This document shows positions 40,688 through 49,262 of a DNA stretch of 64,000 nucleotides, piece after piece (the stretch's first letter is position 1; each line of letters opens with the position of its first letter). The stretch lies in the NCBI GenBank assembly GCA_963733055.1, contig CAVTBR010000003.1, forward strand, positions 448,001 through 512,000, written 5' to 3'. The stretch is from Candidatus Bathyarchaeota archaeon (lineage in GTDB: Archaea > Thermoproteota > Bathyarchaeia > 40CM-2-53-6). The translations under genes and the position numbers were made by a program. A model generated the notes under the pieces. That model was given only the letters and a program-made list of their open reading frames with translations, made no database searches and was not told the origin of the DNA.

Positions 40688-41668
40688 TCACTTGACTGCC
40701 ATGCGCAGCCATCGATCGTTAGGCGGCAAACCTTCAGAGCCGTAACGGACTAGCTTCGTCGCAATCAGATATGCTCCCTTAACTGGTTCATCTTTGAGGG
40801 TTACGATACGTGCTCTGCGACATGTGTCCTTGATCATGAGGGTAAAGGGGTCGAGAAGGTAGCGGCCCGATTTGAAGCCTCCCCCAACCGTAGCAAGCTG
40901 AAAGGAGCGGTTCGTCATGTTCAGTCGTCTTGCTACTGTGATGGCTAACTCGGCAAGAGATGCTCCTGCCTCAGTCAAGATTCCTCTGCAGACCTTGTCT
41001 TTGCTCGCTGCCTTAGACACCAATGGAGCCAGTCGAGCAATCTCTTCGACGCTCAGTTTATTCGCATAGATAATGTCGAGAATTTCATCGAACCTCTTCA
41101 CTCTCAGTCTACGTTTCAGAAGAGTTGTCAGCCTAGTGGATTGTGTGCGTCCGTCCATCATTCTGAAGGCGATGGTGATCGCTTTCATTCCAATGTCGAA
41201 AGCGCTTCCTTTATCGTCAATCAAATACCCCCATCCTCCCACCCTCACGTATTCTCCAACTTGGTTGATTCCAGCCGCGAAGCATCCTGTGCCGGAGTTT
41301 ACAATTATGCCAGGTCTTCCCTGAGTTGCAGCATACAGAGCGGCTACGGAGTCGTGAATCACTACACTGCCCTCAGCCACATTTGCCCGCCGGACAAAAC
41401 GGCGAGCGATACGGAAGTCCTCAGCAGAGTCAACTGCCGCCAAAGCGACCACTGCGGTGGCGACCTTCAACCTACCGATACCCGCATGCTTCTTTGCTCT
41501 ATCAACAGCGGTCTTGATGGCTTTGCCTGCTGCAAGCTCACCTATGTTATGGTAATTTGAGGAGCCTGCAACTCCCACCCCCAGAACTTTACCAGTCCCC
41601 GTTCCAATCAAAGCAAGCGTTTTGGTTGCTCCGCCGTCAACTCCCACCACGTATGGATCATTGATCAC
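40688..41668 (-). CDS. BadF-type N-acetylglucosamine/sugar kinase
   Basis: GVDGGATKT, SGTG, RVGGWGYLIDDKGS, VGGGF. Confidence 0.88.
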   Translation of the reverse strand: MINDPYVVGVDGGATKTLALIGTGTGKVLGVGVAGSSNYHNIGELAAGKAIKTAVDRAKKHAGIGRLKVATAVVALAAVDSAEDFRIARRFVRRANVAEGSVVIHDSVAALYAATQGRPGIIVNSGTGCFAAGINQVGEYVRVGGWGYLIDDKGSAFDIGMKAITIAFRMMDGRTQSTRLTTLLKRRLRVKRFDEILDIIYANKLSVEEIARLAPLVSKAASKDKVCRGILTEAGASLAELAITVARRLNMTNRSFQLATVGGGFKSGRYLLDPFTLMIKDTCRRARIVTLKDEPVKGAYLIATKLVRYGSEGLPPNDRWLRMAVK

Positions 41669-41815
41669 TCGAGCTCACATGCAGCACTCTAGTAGTCGCA
41701 CTGATATAACGCCGAACTCCTTCGTTTCTCAATTACTCGTGGAAATCGCCAGTCGTTCCATGAATAAAATTTCGCACGCTTGACATCTGGAAGAGTGACG
41801 TTTAGGACCTCGCAC

Positions 41816-42313
41816 TCAGCCGCCTATTTCCGCAATTGAGTCACCTTTGGTGACCCACCCTTCCGTTTCCACACTGGCATACCATCCCCTTCGCTTATAC
41901 AAGGCCTTGACGACATCTTTCTCCTTTCCAATGTTTGGAAGCGCGTATAGGTTGCTGCATGGATCACAAGGTTTGCTAATCCTGACCACGGCTTTCCCCA
42001 TTTGGTAACGCTTTCCGGGAACGAATGAAGCGTACGGAATCCCTTGGGTTGTGAAATTCTCACCTATATCTCCCGGTTTAATCGGCCAACCCTCCCCCTG
42101 TAGCTCCTCAATAGTCTCCAAGGGCATGAGCAGAATTGCCATCGCCAAATCATCGTGAGCCTCTTCATGCCTCCAGCGATTAAAGTCGCCATCTAACCCC
42201 GTTCTAGTGATTAGTGCCCGTGGCGTCGGGTATTTGGGAAGACCACGTTGTCCCGCCGTCTCTGGTTTTAGATTTATCTGGAATATCTTGCCGTGTACAC
42301 TCTTTGCGATCAT
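41816..42313 (-). CDS. MOSC domain protein
   Basis: GLPK, GLDGD, PGDIGENFT, PCDPC, RGWYASV. Confidence 0.88.
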   Translation of the reverse strand: MIAKSVHGKIFQINLKPETAGQRGLPKYPTPRALITRTGLDGDFNRWRHEEAHDDLAMAILLMPLETIEELQGEGWPIKPGDIGENFTTQGIPYASFVPGKRYQMGKAVVRISKPCDPCSNLYALPNIGKEKDVVKALYKRRGWYASVETEGWVTKGDSIAEIGG

Positions 42314-42490
42314 CTAGATTAGCGCGCTTCCGATTGATAGTGGTTCACTAGCGTGAACCCTAAAATGATTTTTCGTTTGTGCAAGTACATGCAGGGGCTT
42401 CAAGGTCCGTTAGGAAGATCAGAATTTTCAGGGCGCTTATGATTATCCGAGGCCGCAATTAATAACGTATAGACTGAAGGGTTAGCTAAA

Positions 42491-42520
42491 GTTAATAATA
42501 AATTGTTAATGTTTATTAAC
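42491..42520. promoter_or_regulatory. Inverted repeat GTTAATAA-N14-TTATTAAC upstream of the metal ABC operon
   Basis: Perfect 8-bp arms; the same half-sites recur at 45317-45355 upstream of the NikR-like gene. Confidence 0.6.
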
Positions 42521-42557
42521 TGAATTGTAGTAGAATAGGAAAACATCCCAACGAAGG

Positions 42558-43529
42558 TTGAATGAAAGAATGGAAAGGAAATCAATGGGCATCGCAGCGG
42601 TATTAGTCGTTATCATTCTTGCAGCGGCAACCTTTGCAGGCCTATATCTCACAAACCAGAACCAGTCCACCCAATCAACTCAAACGACCCAAGCCGGCTC
42701 TTCTCAGGCTTCTAAGATATCGGTCGTCGCGGGCGAGAATTTCTGGGGTAGTTTAGTATCCCAACTGGGCGGTTCGCGGACTCAGGTCTTAAGCGTAGTT
42801 ACCGATCCCAACGCCGACCCCCATGAATACGAGAGCAATAGCCAAGACGCACAGGCGATCGCTAACGCTGGGCTTGTAATCGTTAATGGTGCAGGGTACG
42901 ACAACTGGGCACTCAAACTAATTGCCGCAAGCAACGCGCCGCATCAAGTAGTCCTGAACGTGGCCGATCTTCTCGGCAAGAAAGAAGGAGACAATCCGCA
43001 TTTCTGGTACAGCCCATACTATGTGAACGAGACAGTGAAAGCAATGTACATGGACCTAATATCCATCGATCCATCAGATATAGCATATTTCACACAACAG
43101 TATTCCAACCTTAATGCCTCCCTCGGCGTGTATAATTCCCGAATCAGCGAAATCCGGACACAGTTCGCAGGCACGAAAGTGGCGTCCACCGAGAGTATAT
43201 TCGTCTACTTAGCGGACGCAGCTGGTCTCGACGTCGTTTCTCCTCCGGCCTTCATGAACGCTGTCGCGGAAGGAAACGATCCGCCAGCCCAAAGCGTCGT
43301 GGAATTTCAGCAGCTGATCCAGAACGGAAACTTCAGCGTTCTCGTCTACAACGCGCAAACCGTAACACCGCTTACACAGAACATCAAGGCATTGGCTGCC
43401 GCGAAAGGAATTCCGATTGTCGCGGTAACGGAAACGATCCAACCACAAGACGTATTGTTCCAAGATTGGATGAACGCGGAACTGATAACTCTTCAGAACG
43501 CGCTGAACGCACAAGCCCTTGGGCATTAA
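42558..43529 (+). CDS. Zn/Mn ABC transporter substrate-binding protein (ZnuA/TroA family)
   Basis: ADPHEYE, NGAGYD, NPHFWYSP, PIVAVTET. Confidence 0.92.
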   Translation: MNERMERKSMGIAAVLVVIILAAATFAGLYLTNQNQSTQSTQTTQAGSSQASKISVVAGENFWGSLVSQLGGSRTQVLSVVTDPNADPHEYESNSQDAQAIANAGLVIVNGAGYDNWALKLIAASNAPHQVVLNVADLLGKKEGDNPHFWYSPYYVNETVKAMYMDLISIDPSDIAYFTQQYSNLNASLGVYNSRISEIRTQFAGTKVASTESIFVYLADAAGLDVVSPPAFMNAVAEGNDPPAQSVVEFQQLIQNGNFSVLVYNAQTVTPLTQNIKALAAAKGIPIVAVTETIQPQDVLFQDWMNAELITLQNALNAQALGH

Positions 43530-43533
43530 GAAC

Positions 43534-44359
43534 GTGAGCTAAAACGGCAGATCAGATTACGACCCCTAGCTCGACCCAGTCCGAGATTGTCACGGCCGAA
43601 AATCTTGTAGCGGGATACCCGGGAAAAATTGTCTGGCGGGGCGCCGGCTTCAATTTCGATCGCGGCGAACTCGTCGCCATCATTGGCCCCAATGGAGCGG
43701 GCAAGACAACGCTATTTCGCCTGCTTCTCGGCCTACAGCAACCTGTTAGCGGAACCATCAAGATCTTCAACGAACCCCCTAAACGGGGAAACCCACGCAT
43801 TGGCTATGTTCCTCAAAGGCACGTAATAGATAGCGAGACGAATGTCGAATGCCTTGAACTAGTCCACTTGGCATACTGCGGCCACCAATGGGGCTTCCAC
43901 TTATCCGCAAAGGCCGGACGCAAAGCCGCCCTTACAGCTCTCAAAGCGGTGGGAGCCGCAGAATTTGCACCTCAACCACTCAACGCTTTATCGGGCGGCG
44001 AGTTGCAACGAATATTCCTCGCGGAGGCGTTGGTAAGCGATCCGGATATACTGTTGCTTGATGAACCTTTGTCAAGTCTTGATATTCGGCGAGCGAAAGA
44101 ATTAGTGCAGCTGGTCAATGGAGTTGTACGATCGCGTAACGTGACCGCATTGCTGGTCGCGCACGACATTAACCCGCTTCTTCCATACCTGGATAAAGTG
44201 GTCTACATAGCAAACGGGAGGGTCGCAACAGGGAAGCCAAAGGACGTCCTTACCTCCGAGCGTCTTACAGCTCTGTATGACGTCCAGGTTGAAGTTATTC
44301 GTGATTCTAGAGGAAACGTTGCGATCATCGGCATTGAAGATCACCACGGAGACCCATAG
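43534..44359 (+). CDS. Zn/Mn ABC transporter ATPase (ZnuC-like); GTG start out of frame by +1
   Basis: The 43868 frame extends upstream through GPNGAGKTT and IGYVPQ; LSGGELQR, LLDEP, AHD. Confidence 0.88.
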
Positions 44360-44361
44360 CA

Positions 44362-45264
44362 ATGGCCTTCAGCGCAAATTTACTACTCGACCTGCAACAG
44401 ATCTTCCAATACCAATTCATGCAGCACGCTTTCGAAGCCGGAACGCTAGTAGCGATCGTAGCCGGCATCGTGGGCTATTTTGTCGTATTGCGTCGTTCCT
44501 CCTTCGCGGCGCACGCACTCTCACACATCGGCTTCGCCGGAGCAGCGGGCGCAGTACTAGTGGGAGTTAGTCCTGTCCTCGGTTTGTTAGTCTTCACTAG
44601 CGTCGGTGGGATGGGGATGACTATTCTCGGCCCGCGAGCGTCCCATCGAGATGTCCAAATTGGCACCGTTCTCGCGTTCATGCTTGGACTTGGGGTTTTG
44701 TTCATTAGCCTCTATACCGGTTACGCGACGGAAGCCTACTCGATTCTTTTCGGAGAAATACTCGGCATCAGCAGCGTAGACGTCTTGGTGACGGCTGTTG
44801 CTGCGTTAGTAATTCTCTGTGCGGTTGCATTCGTATATCGACCTTTACTGTTCGCGTCGCTCGACGAAGACGTTGCGGAAGCGAAAGGGTTGCACATGCA
44901 TATGCTCGGAATCGTGTTCATGCTTCTGGTTGCACTTGCCACATCGATTGCCGTTCAAGTAGTCGGCGTACTTCTAATTTTCTCCTTGATGGTGACGCCG
45001 GCAGCGATCGCACAGCGCCTTGCCAAGAGACCTTGGCACGCCGTGGTACTGTCAGTAATCATCTCCTTGGGTGCCACATGGTTGGGTCTTTTTGTAGCAT
45101 TTTACGAACCCTACCCCGTGAGTTTCTTCATAACAACCATCGTGTTCGTCCTCTACTTGATTGTTAGATTCTTCCACCCGAGGATCAAGCCAATGAAAGC
45201 CCCGGAACCACACCTTCAGGACGAGCCAGCAGGCCAGATGGCTATGCCTCCAGTTGCGGCGTAA
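44362..45264 (+). CDS. Zn/Mn ABC transporter permease (ZnuB-like)
   Basis: VLRRSSFAAHALSHIGFAG, LFGEIL, SLDEDVAEAKG, VGVLLIFSLMVTPA. Confidence 0.92.
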   Translation: MAFSANLLLDLQQIFQYQFMQHAFEAGTLVAIVAGIVGYFVVLRRSSFAAHALSHIGFAGAAGAVLVGVSPVLGLLVFTSVGGMGMTILGPRASHRDVQIGTVLAFMLGLGVLFISLYTGYATEAYSILFGEILGISSVDVLVTAVAALVILCAVAFVYRPLLFASLDEDVAEAKGLHMHMLGIVFMLLVALATSIAVQVVGVLLIFSLMVTPAAIAQRLAKRPWHAVVLSVIISLGATWLGLFVAFYEPYPVSFFITTIVFVLYLIVRFFHPRIKPMKAPEPHLQDEPAGQMAMPPVAA

Positions 45265-45372
45265 CCCATCGGCGGCGATTTGTCATTCCGAAAACAAAAT
45301 AGACTTTGCTAAAGACGTTAATAAGTTACCGCAGAATGTTCCTATTGATTATTAAGAACGGAGGACGCCGGA

Positions 45373-45759
45373 ATGACCATAGTCAGCTTATCGTTTCCCG
45401 AAACCATGATCAACGAGATGAATCAAATCCAGAAGGAGGGAGGGTTCGCGGGTAGATCCGAACTCGTGAGGGCTGCCGTTAGATTACTGATCGAGGATTC
45501 GAAGGAGAAGGACAACCTTTCGGGTCACATGAACGCAATCGTTCTGGTGACGCATGACGAGTCCGACGAAGCGCCCGTAACCCGACTCAAACATGAATTC
45601 GAAGAAATCGTGAGGACACACATTCATAACAAGATAAGCAAAAGCAACTGCGTCGAACTTTTCCTACTGGAAGGGGACGGAAAGAAGATCGCCTCGATGG
45701 TACGAGAATTTCAAAAGGAAGACAAGCTGAAGAGCGTAAAACTGGTCGCAATAGATTGA
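45373..45759 (+). CDS. NikR/CopG-family ribbon-helix-helix metalloregulator
   Basis: IVSLSFP...RSELVRAAVR RHH; C-terminal ACT-like domain KHEFEEIVRTHIHNKISKSNCVE. Confidence 0.88.
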   Translation: MTIVSLSFPETMINEMNQIQKEGGFAGRSELVRAAVRLLIEDSKEKDNLSGHMNAIVLVTHDESDEAPVTRLKHEFEEIVRTHIHNKISKSNCVELFLLEGDGKKIASMVREFQKEDKLKSVKLVAID

Positions 45760-45860
45760 AAAACGAAAACTCATGCTCGACCATTTAGAACAATACGAAC
45801 GCAACAAGGAGAAACAGAATATGATCATATCCTTGCGCGATTATGACCATGATGCGTGGA

Positions 45861-46370
45861 CTATCTCGCTACTTGGTTCCTCTTGAGCCATTTGTCGTCC
45901 GCAAGAACTACCGAGGTTTCGATCTGGCGATCAGAGATAGACCAATACTCTCTCAAGAGCCGATCCTTTGTTTCCTTCGATACCTGTTTGAAGCCTTGAT
46001 TTCTGTAGAAACGCACCGCCCACGCTGCGTCCTCCCACGTGCCAACTAGAAAGGGACGAGTTGTCAAGCTGCGGAGATGCGTCAATAGCTGACTTCCGAT
46101 TCCACGATTCTGATGGCGTGGAGAGGTGTACGCATGCCGGATCAGACTGACATCCTTAACGTCCTGAATGCCCATGACGCCGAGTAGGGTAGAGTTCTCC
46201 TCGTACCCCCAGAACACCACGCCGTCGCTAATTTCGCCTCGAAGTTCGTCTTTCCCCATGTAGGGTTCTCTCCAACAATCCTTGGGGATAACTCCACGGT
46301 AAACTTGCGCGGATTCGTTAATTATTGTGTAGACCGGTTCGAAATCCTCATCCCGGTATTTGCGAATCAT
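45861..46370 (-). CDS. GNAT acetyltransferase
   Basis: LIRHAY..PRHQNRGIGSQLL, AVRFYRNQGF. Confidence 0.88.
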   Translation of the reverse strand: MIRKYRDEDFEPVYTIINESAQVYRGVIPKDCWREPYMGKDELRGEISDGVVFWGYEENSTLLGVMGIQDVKDVSLIRHAYTSPRHQNRGIGSQLLTHLRSLTTRPFLVGTWEDAAWAVRFYRNQGFKQVSKETKDRLLREYWSISDRQIETSVVLADDKWLKRNQVAR

Positions 46371-46523
46371 TTCCAAACCGTTCCTGTTACTTTTTGGCTT
46401 TTTCTTTCTTAGCATCTTCGAGCATCTTGCTTTTAGCGAGTTTAGGGTTCTGGATGTACAAAATGATAGCATTGGCGTGACCGTGTCCCAACCCGCAGTC
46501 CGATTTCATCAAAATGGCTGCTT

Positions 46524-46938
46524 CTAGGTATGACGCTCTCTGCTTCTGGCCGAGGACGTGTTCGAAGAAACGGCGGCACGAACGAGAGCCTTGAAAGCCT
46601 TCTCGTTAATCTCGTCTCCTTCATGGATGACTAGTGCGCAGCGTGGCGTTGCCTTCGAGGCTGGCGTTGAAGACGCCTTTCGGGTCCTTGAGAGAAGCTC
46701 CCTTGGCGAAGGTCAGCCTCACGTGGTTCTTGTAGGTCTCCCCGGTGCAAATGATCCCGTCGTGAGACCATACCGGAACCCCGGCGGGGTTCGATGGCTT
46801 CCTCCATTTCACCTCCTCGACCACGCTGGGATCGGCTTGCTTGATCAGGGAACGGATGCGTGAGAGCGTCTTGCCGCGCCAGTCAGTAAGGCCCGCGATT
46901 TGCTTGTCAATAAGTTCGGATGGGTTCAGGTGTTTCAC
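46524..46938 (-). CDS. DUF1801 (YdhG-like) protein; +1 frameshift near 46645
   Basis: DWRGKTL, EEVKW, GVPVWSHDGIICTGETYK; shifted frame continues IHEGDEINEKAFKALVRAAV. Confidence 0.85.
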
Positions 46939-46957
46939 CGCTCCTATGAGCTATCAG

Positions 46958-47365
46958 TTAGGCGCCGGAACGAGCTGCCTTTAGCACGTAAGCTGATGCG
47001 AGAACGAAAATAGCCTCCAGCGTCTTGATGAGCACAACGGTCGGGAAGGGCGGGTGGGGCGGTACGCCGAAGATCGTTACTCCAGCCGCCGACAATGAGT
47101 AAATTACAATCGAGCCCAGATTGCCTAGGATCCCTAGTGCCAGGAGCGTAGGATTCTTCGATTTGAGAATAACCCTAATCCATACGAGTTGGAATAGGCC
47201 GAGCACGAAGAAGAAGATCTCGCCTGCGACAAAATTTTGACCAAAGTATCCCTCTGCTAATGCTGGTGCAAATATCAATGTGGGGAGGGCTGGCACCAGG
47301 TGGTAGAGGGCTGGGAAAACCAGGGCAGCCGCCCCAATACGCCTTATTGTCTTGACTGAAACCAA
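46958..47365 (-). CDS. Hypothetical membrane protein (about 4 TM)
   Basis: Hydrophobic ORF in the same minus-strand run as the VOC and DUF1801 genes. Confidence 0.6.
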   Translation of the reverse strand: MVSVKTIRRIGAAALVFPALYHLVPALPTLIFAPALAEGYFGQNFVAGEIFFFVLGLFQLVWIRVILKSKNPTLLALGILGNLGSIVIYSLSAAGVTIFGVPPHPPFPTVVLIKTLEAIFVLASAYVLKAARSGA

Positions 47366-47444
47366 TACGCTAACCTTCTTCTGTGGCGCTCATGGCCGCC
47401 CGGGTTGGTCTTTTCTTTGTAGTAGTCGTTTATCTACGCAAAAT

Positions 47445-47834
47445 CTAGTATTGCAGTTGTGTTATCTGTATCAGGTTGCCGCATGTGTCATCAAGTACGG
47501 CGATAGTAGATCCAGTCACTTTTGTCGGCTCCATGGTAAACTTCACGTCAAGTTTTTTCAATCTTTCATGCTCTTTTTTGATATCGTCTACGAAGAATGA
47601 TGACGCTCGAACACTTTGCTTGAAAATTGCTTCCTGATATGCTTCGGCTGCTGGGTTACTATTTGGTTCGAGAACCAATTGTGTGCCGTCTTGGTCTTCT
47701 GGCGATACGACGGTCAGCCATCTGTAATTTCCAGCAGTAATATCCATCTTTTTTACAAAACCCAACTTCTCAGTGTAGAACCTCAGGGCCTTGTCTTGAT
47801 CGTTTACGAAAACACTGGTCAGCTTGATCTTCAT
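47445..47834 (-). CDS. VOC/glyoxalase-family protein
   Basis: SVFVNDQDKALRFYTEKLGF, WLTVVSP, DDTCGNLIQI. Confidence 0.92.
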   Translation of the reverse strand: MKIKLTSVFVNDQDKALRFYTEKLGFVKKMDITAGNYRWLTVVSPEDQDGTQLVLEPNSNPAAEAYQEAIFKQSVRASSFFVDDIKKEHERLKKLDVKFTMEPTKVTGSTIAVLDDTCGNLIQITQLQY

Positions 47835-47965
47835 TTTGACATCTCGCTCCCATCCCTATTAGTTCTGCTTCCTTGTGGGATTTTGTACAGAATATCCGAA
47901 TGGATGTTCAGGCCGATGTTGCTCATACAATCACACTTTAATGCATGGAGATTATGATATATATG

Positions 47966-47994
47966 CTTAACTTCTAAGATACTTAGACTGTAAG
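47966..47994. promoter_or_regulatory. Tandem palindromes CTTA-N5-TAAG x2, candidate MarR operator
   Basis: CTTAacttcTAAG (47966-47978) and CTTAgactgTAAG (47982-47994), each followed by ATA, between the divergent VOC and MarR genes. Confidence 0.65.
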
Positions 47995-48012
47995 ATAAAA
48001 GTGGATGGAATT

Positions 48013-48483
48013 ATGTCAAACGTTCCAGAGAAAAAGCAGTTACTCCAGGCATTCAGAATGCTGAGTACGCAGGCAATCATGCTACATCAAGCAGTTGCCG
48101 ATATGCTGAACCTGAATATTACGGACTACAAGTGCATGGATCTGATTGCTCGTCTTGGGCCGATGACAGCAGGTAAACTTGCGGAGCACTCCGGCCTCAC
48201 AACTGGCGCCATAACCGGTGTAGTAGACAGGTTAGAAAAAGCTGGGTACGCAAATCGAGCCGACAATCCAAAGGACAGGAGATCGATTATCGTTGAATTG
48301 ACTTGGAACAAGAAGAATCAGAAAGCATACGAAGAAATATTTCTTCCATTGGAGCGAAAAGTAGAGAAACAAGCTTCTTCCTACACCACCAAAGAACTCT
48401 CACTATTCATTGAACTGATACACAATACAGCAAAGATCTTGCATGAAGAGACCATTAGACTAACCAAGAAATCGGAGAATTAG
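48013..48483 (+). CDS. MarR-family transcriptional regulator
   Basis: LNITDYKCMDL, GPMTAGKLA, GLTTGAITGVVDRLEKAGY, DRRS. Confidence 0.92.
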   Translation: MSNVPEKKQLLQAFRMLSTQAIMLHQAVADMLNLNITDYKCMDLIARLGPMTAGKLAEHSGLTTGAITGVVDRLEKAGYANRADNPKDRRSIIVELTWNKKNQKAYEEIFLPLERKVEKQASSYTTKELSLFIELIHNTAKILHEETIRLTKKSEN

Positions 48484-48503
48484 TGAAATTTCATGGTGAT
48501 AAT

Positions 48504-49091
48504 ATGAGCGCATCCGCAAGAGAAAGGACAGAGTCAAAAGTACTTGCTACTAAAGTAACTAGTGATGAAGCCTTTGCAAAAGGCACTGAATGGAGCCAAA
48601 GAACTTTTCTTTACAAAAATGCTACTGAAAGCATAAGGGCTGGAAGGCCCTTGGCCGCGGGCCTCTACTACCACAAAAACGGCAGGGGCATTGTTAGCAT
48701 CTTTTCGGGCATCGAGGGCGGCTTTCGTGCGCGGGTGGTGCAGGTTGACAATGCCGGAAACTTGAGCTTTGCAAAGAAGAAAGTAGGTTCAACAGATCCT
48801 CCAACTAAGGTCGAAGAAGCCGTAGATAGAGGCAAAAGACTTGCAGACGCATCAGAAGTGCTTGCAAACACCGCATTCTTGGAGGCCAATCCGGGAGAAC
48901 TTATTGTATTCGGCTCCAAAAATGCAACAGCATTGACTGGAGGAAAAGAGATTGAAAAAGGATATTATTTGACGGTTCATAAGAAAGCCAAACTAAAAGT
49001 CCTGCTTGCCGAACAACTAACAGAAAAAAGAAAAGAAGTTGCTGAGTTAGAAAGGAAACTAGAACAGGCAATAAAAGCCGATTTCGATTGA
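48504..49091 (+). CDS. Hypothetical protein with C-terminal coiled coil
   Basis: SD-like GGTGAT before the ATG at 48504; no recognised family. Confidence 0.55.
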   Translation: MSASARERTESKVLATKVTSDEAFAKGTEWSQRTFLYKNATESIRAGRPLAAGLYYHKNGRGIVSIFSGIEGGFRARVVQVDNAGNLSFAKKKVGSTDPPTKVEEAVDRGKRLADASEVLANTAFLEANPGELIVFGSKNATALTGGKEIEKGYYLTVHKKAKLKVLLAEQLTEKRKEVAELERKLEQAIKADFD

Positions 49092-49102
49092 ACCCACGAA
49101 AG

Positions 49103-49122
49103 TGGTGGGGCCGGTCGGACTT
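49103..49122 (-). repeat. tRNA 3'-end remnant (att-like)
   Basis: Minus strand AAGTCCGACCGGCCCCACCA: T-arm 3' side, acceptor strand, discriminator A and CCA; 18/20 identical to 55170-55189. Confidence 0.6.
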
Positions 49123-49262
49123 AATTGGAATTCTCGGTGGGGCTACCTATGAAACGCCCCATTCTGAGTCGTTTTCTTGAGTCCCAGCAGATACATGCGA
49201 TTAGTCTTGGGTCGACTCCGACGGTCTAGATCGTTGCCGCGATTCGGTGTTCGATGGGCCGA

